Origin: a virus
Lineage: Duplodnaviria; Caudoviricetes
Strand: one strand, 5' to 3'
Length of the DNA: 64,000 bases
IMG/VR virus record: IMGVR_UViG_3300028601_000021
Location: 64,001-128,000 of that record
A program made the position numbers and the translations under genes. Shown one piece after another: positions 20,266 through 30,207 of this stretch (within the stretch, counting starts at the first letter, position 1; each line of letters opens with the position of its first letter). The notes beneath the pieces are model-generated. The model worked only from the letters and a program-made list of their open reading frames with translations, was not told the DNA's origin and did not search any database.

Positions 20266-20861
20266 GATTTGTCCTTTTTGTTAAAGAACCCAAAGAGTAA
20301 ACCACCCCAGTCTTTAAACCTAGCTATGGCTTTATCCTTGTATTTGTTCTTCAGGATATCGATAGCAGCCTTTCCATTATAAGGTTTTCCTTCTATCCTG
20401 AGATCTATTATATCAGATATATCGCTATCACTGATACATTTATCTATGAGCTCAAGTAGCTCCTTTTCTTTATTAAAGAGACGGAGACTATTGTAAACAC
20501 GGATATGTAAACGATGTAAAGGTAAATGAAAATAAGCTACGCCTTCATCGTTCGGAAGAAAGTCATCTAGATATTCTTCTTGTACAGTACGTAGAGTGAT
20601 TGTTTCCCAACTCGACATGTGCATTTGGAAACTTCTAAAATCAAAAGCATCCTGTAAAAGATTTAAGATATCGTGCATCTGACATCTATCGCCTGTGTTC
20701 ATATAAATAGTAATATCAGTCTCACTTTCAGGTAAGTGATACCCGAATCTACGACTACCATGAACGAATAGATGTTCCATTGGATTAACTAATTCTAATT
20801 GCAGTCCACTGATAACTGAAGCCGTATCTTTCGGTACGTACATAAATATATCTCTACTCAT
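20253..20861 (-). CDS. Pol-beta-superfamily nucleotidyltransferase, paralog 1 (ExD variant)
   Basis: FVHGSRRFGYHLPESETDI and RLHIRVY. AGGAGG RBS. Confidence 0.75.
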   Translation of the reverse strand: MSRDIFMYVPKDTASVISGLQLELVNPMEHLFVHGSRRFGYHLPESETDITIYMNTGDRCQMHDILNLLQDAFDFRSFQMHMSSWETITLRTVQEEYLDDFLPNDEGVAYFHLPLHRLHIRVYNSLRLFNKEKELLELIDKCISDSDISDIIDLRIEGKPYNGKAAIDILKNKYKDKAIARFKDWGGLLFGFFNKKDKSCLK

Positions 20862-20925
20862 AAATACCTCCTTGATAAAGAGTAATGGCTTATATAAGGT
20901 TTGTTAAATATAACTTCTCATTTTA

Positions 20926-20933
20926 GTAATATA
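20926..20933 (-). promoter_or_regulatory. phiKZ-type early promoter TATATTAC
   Basis: Exact motif upstream of the nucleotidyltransferase operon. Confidence 0.75.
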
Positions 20934-21027
20934 TACTTAAAGTAAAGATGATAGACCACTCTATAAATACACAACGTAGCGATCCTATGTCTACCTTATA
21001 AATTTACTACCTATAAAGGATACACGT

Positions 21028-22362
21028 ATGTCCTCTACTATCAAAGCTTTATTAGAGAAAGAATTCCCTATAACGATCACTAAAGCTGTATTCCAGAATC
21101 TTATCCGTTATCTTATCATGTTTGAAACTAGGGATAAGAACGCTTTAGCACTTAACTCTCCTTACTTAGGAGTCATCCCAGTATTCTTTACTAATCAAGA
21201 TCAAGATATGTTCTTCGATATCTTTAATACCAGTGGTAAAGAATTCAATAAGTATCTTAAGAATAATAAGTTTGATAATTTGGTCATGGGTCTACAACGT
21301 GGTGAGTTAAAGAAACTCATCATAAAGCTAGATGCCGTCGATAGTGCTAGAAAGGTACAGTCTGATCCATTCAACATCTTTATTACTTACGTAGTGCATA
21401 AGATTCATACTTCTTCAACTAAGTCTATCGGTATTTCTGATAAAGAGAAAGAGACTTTACTACTTACAGTATTTAAGATCTTTCAGTATAAGTTCTTTAC
21501 TAGCTTAGTGAATCATCGCTTTAGGTATAAAGCAGATGAAGGTGTGATGCAAGCTACCGTCAATGGCTTATCTAATAAGTTTGCTATTACTAAGTATGGT
21601 ACTTGGAAGAAAGTCATCGAAGTACGTGCAGAAGAACTCATCTCTAACGATAGCATCCACAAGGACACTATCGCTAAGTATGATGACGATGGTAAGATCC
21701 TTTACCTTATCACTGATATCCAGACTAGGATACGTAATCAGATCAATATCGTTACTTCAGCTTATTATGTCAAGAAAGAACAACATGATGAAGTAGCTAG
21801 TTATGGTATCACTGGTAATGATATCGAAGGTGAGAAGATAGTAGTTAATCAAGTATCTGTATTTGACAGTATGACTTCTAATCTCACTAATGAGATGATG
21901 TCTGTCCATCAGTTCATTACACCAGAGTTAATTACCTTGATGTGTAAGATGCATACTAATATCCGATATGACTTGTTTAAGTCTGTATTGATAAAGTTCT
22001 CTGAAAAAGCCTTATTGCAGGCTAGAGCTAAAACTACGGATAAAGGATTAGATGAAGTACAGACGATTAACAATCAGGATACTTATTTAGGACTACGTAT
22101 TTTCGTAGCTAAAACTATCCAGAAATCGTACAGATATTGCATCCAAAACAACGTAAATATGAATAGCAAGGTAGAGATACTGAAGGCTATAAAAGACGTA
22201 TATAGCAGCTCACGTATCAACGATCCTAACATCCTTTCCATTAGAGATAGCGCTGCTGTATTTATCGATGGTTGTAATATTAGTCGTAGACCAGCTACAG
22301 TCACTTCATTAAAGATAGCCCTTATCCTTTACATCATCGTAAAATCCTTTAGATATCTGTAG
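21028..22362 (+). CDS. phiKZ-like conserved virion structural protein
   Basis: QYKFFTSL..HRFRYKADE, LSNKFAITKYGTW and DIQTRIR pattern recalled from phiKZ-like virion proteins. Confidence 0.6.
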   Translation: MSSTIKALLEKEFPITITKAVFQNLIRYLIMFETRDKNALALNSPYLGVIPVFFTNQDQDMFFDIFNTSGKEFNKYLKNNKFDNLVMGLQRGELKKLIIKLDAVDSARKVQSDPFNIFITYVVHKIHTSSTKSIGISDKEKETLLLTVFKIFQYKFFTSLVNHRFRYKADEGVMQATVNGLSNKFAITKYGTWKKVIEVRAEELISNDSIHKDTIAKYDDDGKILYLITDIQTRIRNQINIVTSAYYVKKEQHDEVASYGITGNDIEGEKIVVNQVSVFDSMTSNLTNEMMSVHQFITPELITLMCKMHTNIRYDLFKSVLIKFSEKALLQARAKTTDKGLDEVQTINNQDTYLGLRIFVAKTIQKSYRYCIQNNVNMNSKVEILKAIKDVYSSSRINDPNILSIRDSAAVFIDGCNISRRPATVTSLKIALILYIIVKSFRYL

Positions 22363-22369
22363 GTCAATT

Positions 22370-22708
22370 ATGGTAGATACAAGTAACCTCCCCATAGGTA
22401 CAAAGACTCCTCCTACTGTAGAAGTACCTTCTACTCCAGCTTTACCTGAAGTCATAGTCAGTGCTGCTATCATGAATAGAACCGGTAGTGTCATCTGTGG
22501 TGCTAGACATTATGATAGATTCATGCATGAGCAATTAGATACTACTTCTGGTGATTGGGGTAGAAAGGATATCGTGCAAGGATTCATCACTAACAAGAAT
22601 AGATTTGTGGATAGAGTAGAAGGACTAGCTATTGCCACTGCACAGAAACAAATCAAACGTATGGTAGGTGGTGGTGACGTACGTCTCTATAGTGAAATGC
22701 TTTATTGA
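22370..22708 (+). CDS. Conserved phage hypothetical protein
   Basis: GARH...QGFITNKNRFVDRVEGLAIA...LYSE. Confidence 0.7.
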   Translation: MVDTSNLPIGTKTPPTVEVPSTPALPEVIVSAAIMNRTGSVICGARHYDRFMHEQLDTTSGDWGRKDIVQGFITNKNRFVDRVEGLAIATAQKQIKRMVGGGDVRLYSEMLY

Positions 22709-22724
22709 CCATAGGTGGTGATAT

Positions 22725-23198
22725 ATGAATTTTGTAGCCGGTATGGAAAAAATACGTATGATCTTCAGTGAAGATGCCCATACGTTTGGTTATGAAGGAA
22801 AGCATTACGACGTGAACTACTTAATCGATTACGTCACTAGTAATAAAGATATAGTAGCTAAACCTATAAAGAACCCTATCGATCGTATTATAGATACAGA
22901 TATCCAAACCACTTGGGGTTCACTTAAATTGAACAAGGGTAGTGATCCTACACCACTACCGATAACATTCAAGAATTTGTTATCGCACATAAATAGAATC
23001 AATAGATCTAATTATCAGAAATATCCTATTGTTGTATTGATGGAATTCAATTCAGATAAAATGCGTATTTTAGATGGGGTACATCGAATACTCAAAGCTG
23101 AATTAGATGGTAAATCTATGATACCAGCATACTCGTTAACCACAGAGAACATGGTTGAATTTACTTCTAAGTATTCATCTTCTGCGAAATGGTCCTGA
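22725..23198 (+). CDS. ParB/Srx-like domain protein
   Basis: YPIVV...RILDGVHRILKA. Confidence 0.65.
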   Translation: MNFVAGMEKIRMIFSEDAHTFGYEGKHYDVNYLIDYVTSNKDIVAKPIKNPIDRIIDTDIQTTWGSLKLNKGSDPTPLPITFKNLLSHINRINRSNYQKYPIVVLMEFNSDKMRILDGVHRILKAELDGKSMIPAYSLTTENMVEFTSKYSSSAKWS

Positions 23199-23214
23199 AT
23201 TACAGTTATTGAAA

Positions 23215-23255
23215 TATACTACCACAGTAGCTTTAGTAGCTACTGTGGTAGTATA
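23215..23255. terminator. Family palindrome between convergent genes
   Basis: TATACTACCACAGTAGCT/AGCTACTGTGGTAGTATA. Confidence 0.7.
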
Positions 23256-23262
23256 CCTATAT

Positions 23263-23823
23263 TTAATTAAAACAACGCTGCTTTAACCAACCCTTATAAT
23301 ACTTACGTTTTACAGGGTTTTCTAAAGTACGCATTAGATAATAATGAGCCTGTTCCATATTCATAGCTTTAGTGACGAATTCACCATGACCTTTAGCTAC
23401 TACTTCTAATAGTCTACCTCTAGTATCCTTACCATATCCACCATCGGTATCTAGATCTTTACCAAATTCATTCTTATAATTAAGAGCATTCAGTACTGTC
23501 TGAAGATTAGTAGTCATCGCAAAAGGACCTGGATTCACTATCTGGTCGAACATCTCTTCAGCTAATTCGATAGGGAGAGTAGATAAGCTATACTTGTTCC
23601 ACAACACATGATAGAAATCTACTACTGCTTCCAGTAAAGGACTACCTGTATTCAAAGAAGTATGGCCTTTAGCAATCAGATCCCATCCAGACCAGGTGGG
23701 GTGATTGGGTTTTGATATACCACAACAACTAAGACCACCTGGGTCATCAGGATCATTAGTCAACACCAGTCCTTCTATCCGTAACATCTTAATTATAGCT
23801 GCGTATACTTCGGGTTCTATCAT
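23263..23823 (-). CDS. Glycoside hydrolase family 108 endolysin with peptidoglycan-binding domain
   Basis: EG..NDPDDPGG..CGIS, FD..VNPG, DGGYGKDT, YYKGWLKQR. ATG at 23823 follows AGGAG. Confidence 0.85.
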   Translation of the reverse strand: MIEPEVYAAIIKMLRIEGLVLTNDPDDPGGLSCCGISKPNHPTWSGWDLIAKGHTSLNTGSPLLEAVVDFYHVLWNKYSLSTLPIELAEEMFDQIVNPGPFAMTTNLQTVLNALNYKNEFGKDLDTDGGYGKDTRGRLLEVVAKGHGEFVTKAMNMEQAHYYLMRTLENPVKRKYYKGWLKQRCFN

Positions 23824-23944
23824 GTTTATTCTCCTATAGGTGAAATGGATGTGTGCTATAGCATGAGTATACGACAAAAAATAAATTAATCTATTACTCC
23901 ATGTAGGGATAGGTAGCTATTGTAGCTACCTATCCCTGAAATGA

Positions 23945-24145
23945 TTACTTGACGTATACGCTGTAAAGATGACCGCAATCTGCCCAGTACAGGGCGATCG
24001 CATTATGTATCCGGAATATGGATACTTGGTCTTCCTCGTGGATCTTGGTGGTAATAACTTCTGCGGTATTGTCACCAACCGGCTGGTTGATGATACGACC
24101 AGCTTCCACCAGAGCATTGTATTCTTCCGTGGTCATGGGTGTCAC
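23945..24145 (-). CDS. Small hypothetical protein (true start may be upstream near 24222)
   Basis: ORF track; lies in the GC-richer minus-strand cluster. Confidence 0.45.
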   Translation of the reverse strand: MTPMTTEEYNALVEAGRIINQPVGDNTAEVITTKIHEEDQVSIFRIHNAIALYWADCGHLYSVYVK

Positions 24146-24239
24146 GGTATCACTTCCCTGACATCGGTCCCAGTGAACATAAGGATTCGACCATCTTGGA
24201 ACAATTCATAAGATGTGTCCATGGTAATTCTCCTTCTAT

Positions 24240-24533
24240 TCAAAGTTTGCGAATGAGGGACATTGCCACCCCAACAGGCTTTGTGGTACTACCTGATAGA
24301 TAGGCAGCTATCCTGCCCCTGAGGAGTTCTATATCCTTCTTGGTCATCCACATTATCTTACTGTCGTGCACACCAGCATACACCAACTGATGGTGGTCCA
24401 ATATCTTCTTTGCCGCAGGGGTGAGTTCCCGTGTGTCAGAGGATACTAGATTCAATCCACCGAACATTAAGTCGTCAGCCTTAATGAGTATGAGTTCCGG
24501 CCAAACGACATTAATGTATTCTATCAACTCCAT
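24240..24533 (-). CDS. Hypothetical protein
   Basis: 97-aa ORF with AAGGAG RBS. Confidence 0.6.
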   Translation of the reverse strand: MELIEYINVVWPELILIKADDLMFGGLNLVSSDTRELTPAAKKILDHHQLVYAGVHDSKIMWMTKKDIELLRGRIAAYLSGSTTKPVGVAMSLIRKL

Positions 24534-24593
24534 GATGATTCTCCTTTGAGATGAAACTGGTATATTTACTAAAGATGGCAGCGATTAGATCTT

Positions 24594-25412
24594 CTACTCT
24601 TCTTTCTGCCCAGAGCTTTTCATCTCAGTCAGACTGATGGTTACTGATTCCTTCTTAGGATTGTGCTCCACCACGACTAGACCGACCACTCCCTCATGGG
24701 AGTAGAGGTGGCTTACAAACTGCGTCGACTGACGCAGGATGACATCGCCTTCGATGGATCGGAAGTTGTCGGCTTCCAATTGTGCCTTTGCTGCTACCAA
24801 GTTGCGTCCTGCTTGTGACAGAGCCTTATACTCCTTGTTGAGCTCGTCGCCCTCAATAAGAAGATTGATGACCCTGATAGCTTCTTCGAAGAAGTCAGTG
24901 ACGTCCTGTACAGACCCGTCCCTCGGAGGGAAGAGACGATTGGCTTCACTCCAGACCCAAAAGCCATGGAGCGAATCGATTACGTCGTCCCACTCGCAGT
25001 CGAAGAAATGTCCATCGGGGTTGAGCTCCGACAGATATTGAGACTCAAATGTGGATTCGCGCCACAATTGATTATTGATCTCTTCGAGCTTATGGACGCC
25101 ACGGATGTCCACTAGCGCAACCACCGTCCAGAAGAGATCGTGGCCCTTTTCCTTCAGGTTGAGGACCCTGAGGACACCACCGAGGGTGTCCAGATCAAAG
25201 TGACTGACGCCGATGACATCCACTTCGATGCCCAGGTTGTCGCCCAGGCACGGACATGGGTTGGACGATCTCTCGCCATGGTGGGCGAGAGTGGCTACGG
25301 AACCTTCGACCACTACAGAACCGTATTCCGCCTCGACAGTGGCGGTATGGGAAAAGTTGGAGAGATGTGCAGTCAGGGACTCGGGATTGGAAGAAATGAA
25401 AATCTTGGTCAT
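24594..25412 (-). CDS. Hypothetical protein, possible DHH-like phosphoesterase
   Basis: LAHHG and SHFDLDTLGG motifs, AAGGAG RBS, visibly higher GC. Confidence 0.5.
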   Translation of the reverse strand: MTKIFISSNPESLTAHLSNFSHTATVEAEYGSVVVEGSVATLAHHGERSSNPCPCLGDNLGIEVDVIGVSHFDLDTLGGVLRVLNLKEKGHDLFWTVVALVDIRGVHKLEEINNQLWRESTFESQYLSELNPDGHFFDCEWDDVIDSLHGFWVWSEANRLFPPRDGSVQDVTDFFEEAIRVINLLIEGDELNKEYKALSQAGRNLVAAKAQLEADNFRSIEGDVILRQSTQFVSHLYSHEGVVGLVVVEHNPKKESVTISLTEMKSSGQKEE

Positions 25413-25633
25413 GATATACTCCTTAGTGTATTGAAATTTGTTTTACTACTTTTATTCACCAGAAGTATAACTGGTTTATCGGATAGGTACTAAAGCATTA
25501 TACGTAGTTTACGCATCGTACTTCACTTAATTAATATATATGTACAAATAGATTGACCAGCACTTTGTACATATATACAAATAGGCACTTTGGTATGTCG
25601 ATTTATATCCCCATTAAAGATAGGAGTCTATTT

Positions 25634-26491
25634 ATGAAACTAGTATTGAATCCCGATAAGCTACCTAGGATCACTGCTCTTTCCGATAATGCTAAAGTGG
25701 TATTAGATAAGAGATACATCATTAAAGATAAAGAAGGTAACCCTCTCGAAACATATGAACAGCTTTTCTATCGTGTTGCTAAAACAACAGCCGAAGTAGA
25801 AAGAAACTATGTGGATGGAAAAGTAGATATCGATAGACTGATGATCGATTTCTATTATCTGATGGCCAATATGGAATTCTTGCCTAACTCACCCACCCTC
25901 ATGAATGCAGGTAAACCCGATGGTCAGTTGTCTGCCTGTTTCGTACTTCCTGTCCACGACAATATGGAATCTATTTTCGATACATTGAAACATACTGCTC
26001 TCATCCATAAGTCCGGTGGTGGTACTGGATTTGATTTCAGTGAACTACGCCCTAAGAATGATTCCGTAGGTACTACCGGTGGTATCGCTAGCGGACCTCT
26101 TTCTTTCATCAGTATTTACGATGCAGCTACTGAACAGGTCAAACAAGGTGGTAAACGTAGAGGTGCTAACATGGGCATCCTACGTATCGATCACCCTGAT
26201 ATCATGGAATTCATTCATGCTAAAGAAGAAGATGGTAAGTTCAGTAACTTTAACTTCTCCGTAGCTATCACTGATAAGTTCATGGAAGCAGTAAAGGCTG
26301 GTAGTACTTACGATCTAGTATCTCCTGTAGATGGTCATGTAGTCCAGACCATGGATGCTAAAGAAGTATATACCATCGTCGTGGATAAAGCTTGGCGTAG
26401 TGGCGATCCTGGTATTGTATTTATTAAATATACCACTACAGTACTTGTAATAGGTACTGTAGTGGTATATGGGTTAACTGTAAATAGGTGA
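25634..26491 (+). pseudogene. nrdJ: N-terminal part only of class II (B12) ribonucleotide reductase
   Basis: VLDKRY, FLPNSPTLMNAG, QLSACFV, GGGTGFDFSELRP, QGGKRRGANMG, NFNFSV, GDPGIVF. Homology then stops at a hairpin, before NPCGE. Confidence 0.85.
26428..26470. terminator. Family palindrome at the nrdJ truncation point
   Basis: ATATACCACTACAGTAC/GTACTGTAGTGGTATAT. Confidence 0.7.
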
Positions 26492-26800
26492 TACTCGATG
26501 CATGATGTCAGTCATCATTTCAGTAAGAGTAGTTTTATTTACTGCTGGTAAATACAGCAGCTTATTGAAGATCCTATCCTTAAGAAATACTCTGACGTCA
26601 TTGTCCACATCAGCCTTTATAATCTGTGCTCTTTCTTTGGGTAATCTATACACCAATACCTTAGTATCTTCTGGTACATCGATAGATTCATATGAACCTA
26701 ACAACAAGTCATTAGTATTCAACTTGTCCATATACCACTTTAAGGTAAAGTTATGTATGAATATACGTAGAGCAGCATCTGAGACAGTATCGTCTACCAT
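26474..26800 (-). CDS. Hypothetical protein
   Basis: 108-aa ORF with GGAGG RBS. Confidence 0.6.
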   Translation of the reverse strand: MVDDTVSDAALRIFIHNFTLKWYMDKLNTNDLLLGSYESIDVPEDTKVLVYRLPKERAQIIKADVDNDVRVFLKDRIFNKLLYLPAVNKTTLTEMMTDIMHRVSPIYS

Positions 26801-26813
26801 AACATTACCTCCT

Positions 26814-27500
26814 CTAGTCTTGTGACGGTGTGATCCTAGCGTACGAAATTCCGTACATCTCTATAAGATGTTTGGGAGTTACCGTCATTTCGTAAATAGT
26901 ACCTGGTGTGTAGATATCTTCATCGTTGATGTCTGCTTTTATTTCATCTGTAATAAAGCAAGAACTACGATCATTGGCTTTAGGAAGAGAACCGATATCG
27001 TATCTCAATACGGAATACGGAGCATCTTTATACATCTTGTGAATGGTGAGATAATGATCACAAGAGACCGGATTTATGACACCTTCCGCATTTTCATCCA
27101 CAGTAGCTCTGCAATTGATATGATTGACTACACCATCTTCATTCATACCAGCTACTTGGATGTACAACTTTATAGGTATTTCCATATCTACAGTAAGAGG
27201 TAACAGATCAGTGAAGCCCAACAAGTCTGTGGTGTAGAAGTATCTACAATTCTTATTATTGAGATTACCGGGAAAATATTCTTTCCATTGTGCAGTGATG
27301 ATCATAGCTTCGATCATGTCAGTTGAACTACCGACCATCATAGCTTGAAATCTATTCTTGTTTCCGAATAGAAGAGTTTTAGCAAAGAGTTCCCATTGAC
27401 CAGGACCTTTGAGATGAGTGTTCTTTACAGCTAGTGCTACTTCTATATTAGCAGGTGTTTTCAATTCATAGATTAATTCTATCGTAGGTGTTTTATCCAT
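26814..27500 (-). CDS. Hypothetical protein (probably early)
   Basis: 228-aa ORF, AAGGAG RBS, TATATTAC upstream. Confidence 0.65.
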   Translation of the reverse strand: MDKTPTIELIYELKTPANIEVALAVKNTHLKGPGQWELFAKTLLFGNKNRFQAMMVGSSTDMIEAMIITAQWKEYFPGNLNNKNCRYFYTTDLLGFTDLLPLTVDMEIPIKLYIQVAGMNEDGVVNHINCRATVDENAEGVINPVSCDHYLTIHKMYKDAPYSVLRYDIGSLPKANDRSSCFITDEIKADINDEDIYTPGTIYEMTVTPKHLIEMYGISYARITPSQD

Positions 27501-27557
27501 GTAGACAGTACTCCTTTTTGATAAGATATTTTAGTGGATGTAATAATTATCAATATA

Positions 27558-27565
27558 GTAATATA
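27558..27565 (-). promoter_or_regulatory. phiKZ-type early promoter TATATTAC
   Basis: Exact motif upstream of 26814-27500. Confidence 0.75.
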
Positions 27566-27633
27566 TACTTGAAGGAATAATGAATAAGGAGATATAGCTA
27601 CAGTACCTATGATAGGTACTGTAGCTATATGTA

Positions 27634-30099
27634 TTAAAAGAATCTACTCAATTGAGCAGCAGAAGCACTATTGATACCCATGGATCTATTTGCTATAGAT
27701 CTAGCATGTGTATCCATTTGCATCTTAGTAATAGGTTCTGTTACTATTTCATCTTTATCCAGCATCCTACGCAAATCATTTAACTTACGTAAATAACTAT
27801 GACGGATAAGTTCACTAGGAGGACAATTATCTAGTAAGTCTTCTAGCTTCTTTATCTGAGCATTTATTTCTGTGTAGAAGGATTTAAGATTAGGATCGAT
27901 ATCTTTACCAGTAGAAGAGATACTACTTAAGATGTGATCTTTACTTAATCCATACATATGTAGATTCTTACCAAAGAAGAGTAGATAGCTAGCTAATAAG
28001 TAAGCTATGACTAAGTCATCATGTCTACCATTACCATGGTCTATCCTACCATTCTTGATACAAAGAGCACAGAATTCTTTGATCAGAGTTTCGTCTCTTA
28101 CTCGGCTGTGATTGAGATTTAAGGACTTCAGTAGAGTACCCTTGTATAGCTGATTTCTACTGTTTGGACCATCTCCACCACTAGTCACAAAGCCAAATAA
28201 TTTACGATTTAATCCATCTGCAGGTTCTGTGTAGATATTGAAATCTTTGAATTGATTCTCATCTCTACACTGCACTGCTCTATTATAAATCCTAGTCCAA
28301 GGATTAATACCTCTATTGACTAAGTCATCGATGATGTAATCTAAGATAGCTCTACCAGTAGACTTAGCTTCAGGTATATAAACCATATTTGGATAAGTGA
28401 CCATGAGATCAGCAGCACGTCTAGCTAATCGTATGATATTACTATCGTTACATCTCAGAGTACCGACTACGCCCATATCAGCAGGGTCCATAATAACAAA
28501 GCTAGTATAGTCATTACCGATCTGCTCTCCACTATCCATGCTGAGGATAAGACTTTTATTTTTAAAATCAGCAGTATCCAATACCTCTTTATGAACATAC
28601 CACCTAGTCATGTAGTTATCTTCCATATCTATGTGTTTAGGTTCCTTCATAGATTGATGGATGAGCTTTAATAAGTTTGGTGGGATAGGACCGAATTCCT
28701 GACCTGCTTTCCATAAGTTTAAATAGTCACGATCCACATCTTCCTGTGAACTAGCAGAAGTACGTAACACTACTTCTCGTAACCAGGCATCAGTCTTACC
28801 TAACTGTCTATGACTAAAGACAGCATAGACCATAGTCTTACCTTTAGCACTATTCTTCTTAACTAGATCTATTAAGTCTGGCTTATCTTTACAGTCGTAC
28901 ATACGTTCAGTAAATGCAGCAGCTTCGTTGAATAAGTTAAAAGCAAATCTACCAGTTTCAGTATCTGGTCTACCAGCAGTAGTCGTATAGATGTTACCAT
29001 GTCTCTTACCGGCTTTAGCGGCATCTTCACCTGCACGGATAGTAGCAGCGATAAGAGTAGGGAAGGTAATCCATATATAGTTAAAGTAAGCTATTTCGTC
29101 TATGTGCGCTGTAGGAACTGTCGCTCCCATTTGGTGTTACGATAGAACCGATTCCGTTCCACCTCTGTACATTGGTTTGTACAGATCAGACTATATCACA
29201 ACCCATAGTTTTGGTTATGGGTCCCTACTATTTCGAGACCTCTTGGTCCCTACGCTACTCATTCCCAGCAGACTCCGTTTCGTCTACCTTGTTTTCGCTA
29301 GTCGTTAGGCTTATGCCTAGACGATGATGATCATCTAGGTTAGCACGGTAGGTTATCCCAATGATAGGACTTTCCCCGTTTAAGTAGGTTTTTTATACTA
29401 GATTACTCTAGTAGGCCGCAGAGTTGACAGTTTACGGCCCAATTTATAGGCATCACGTTCATTGTTAGAGTTTACATAGGTACGATACTGATTCTTAAGG
29501 GCAGTATAAGACAGACCTTCTTTAGCATCTTTATCTTTACTGAAAGCATCTTTCTGCAATAGATAGCTAGGTAAAGCATCCCTGATATCTTTTAGACGAG
29601 TGACGTTGTCCTGGAGTAGACTTTGGTCCTTAGTCATCATAGCGATATCGAATTTATAACCTTGGAAATACATCTGATGGGACATGATACCCTGAGTACC
29701 CATAGTCTTACCAGTCTGTCGAGGTTGCACTAATCCGATATCGATATCGTTGTAATACAACCAGATAAGAGCTAAGTTACCACGGTGGAATTCAAAAGGG
29801 ATAGCTTCACCACCAGTAGTAGGAATATGCACTACTTCTCTGAAATAATACCAATGGTTTCTTTGACATTCAAAAAATATACGACTAACTATTTCTGGTG
29901 TAAGGTTAGCTGGGTTATGTGGATCTATGTGCATGAGTAAAGGATCATGGATAGCCAACATAAACTGATTATTCTTCACACCCATGGTTTTTAATACACG
30001 AGATATATGAATAGCTGAGATATTCTTAGTGGTCTCGTGTATAGTAGCTGGGTATTTATACCAGTCTTCTTGAAATTGTATAGTGGGTAATAGCTTCAT
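27634..30099 (-). CDS. terL: Terminase large subunit, two exons (30099-29434 and 29127-27634), 719 aa spliced
   Basis: Walker A PRQTGKT in exon 1. The junction reads AYKLGR|GATVPTAHIDE (Walker B). Exon 2 has TTTAG, nuclease SMD and HDDLVIA. Confidence 0.92.
29128..29433 (-). mobile_element. Group I self-splicing intron, 306 nt, no ORF
   Basis: Exon ends GGCCGU and pairs with IGS GCGGCC (U-G pair). P-like AAACGGGGAA, Q-like ACCGUGCUAA, R CUAACGACUA, S GAUAUAGUCU, P3 CCUACU/AGUAGG, terminal G. Confidence 0.92.
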
Positions 30100-30207
30100 G
30101 TGAGCCCATCCTATGTATGGTTCTGACCATATTTTACAAAGAGATACTTATAAGGCTATAAAGATAGTCTTTAAAATTTAGCCGATATGATTAAGAGGTA
30201 GGTGTAT

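Noticed and set aside
29102-29308. 68-aa plus-strand ORF, and ATG 29130 as start of a separate terminase gene
   Set aside because: Both lie in or at the end of the group I intron.
29398-29433. Stop-codon recoding to explain the split terminase
   Set aside because: The intron explains the split, and other genes end normally at TAG, TGA and TAA, so the standard code fits.
20980-30120. ATCCTATGT near 20982 and 30108 as late TATG promoters
   Set aside because: Plausible given the phiKZ late consensus, but too short and frequent to support without TSS data.
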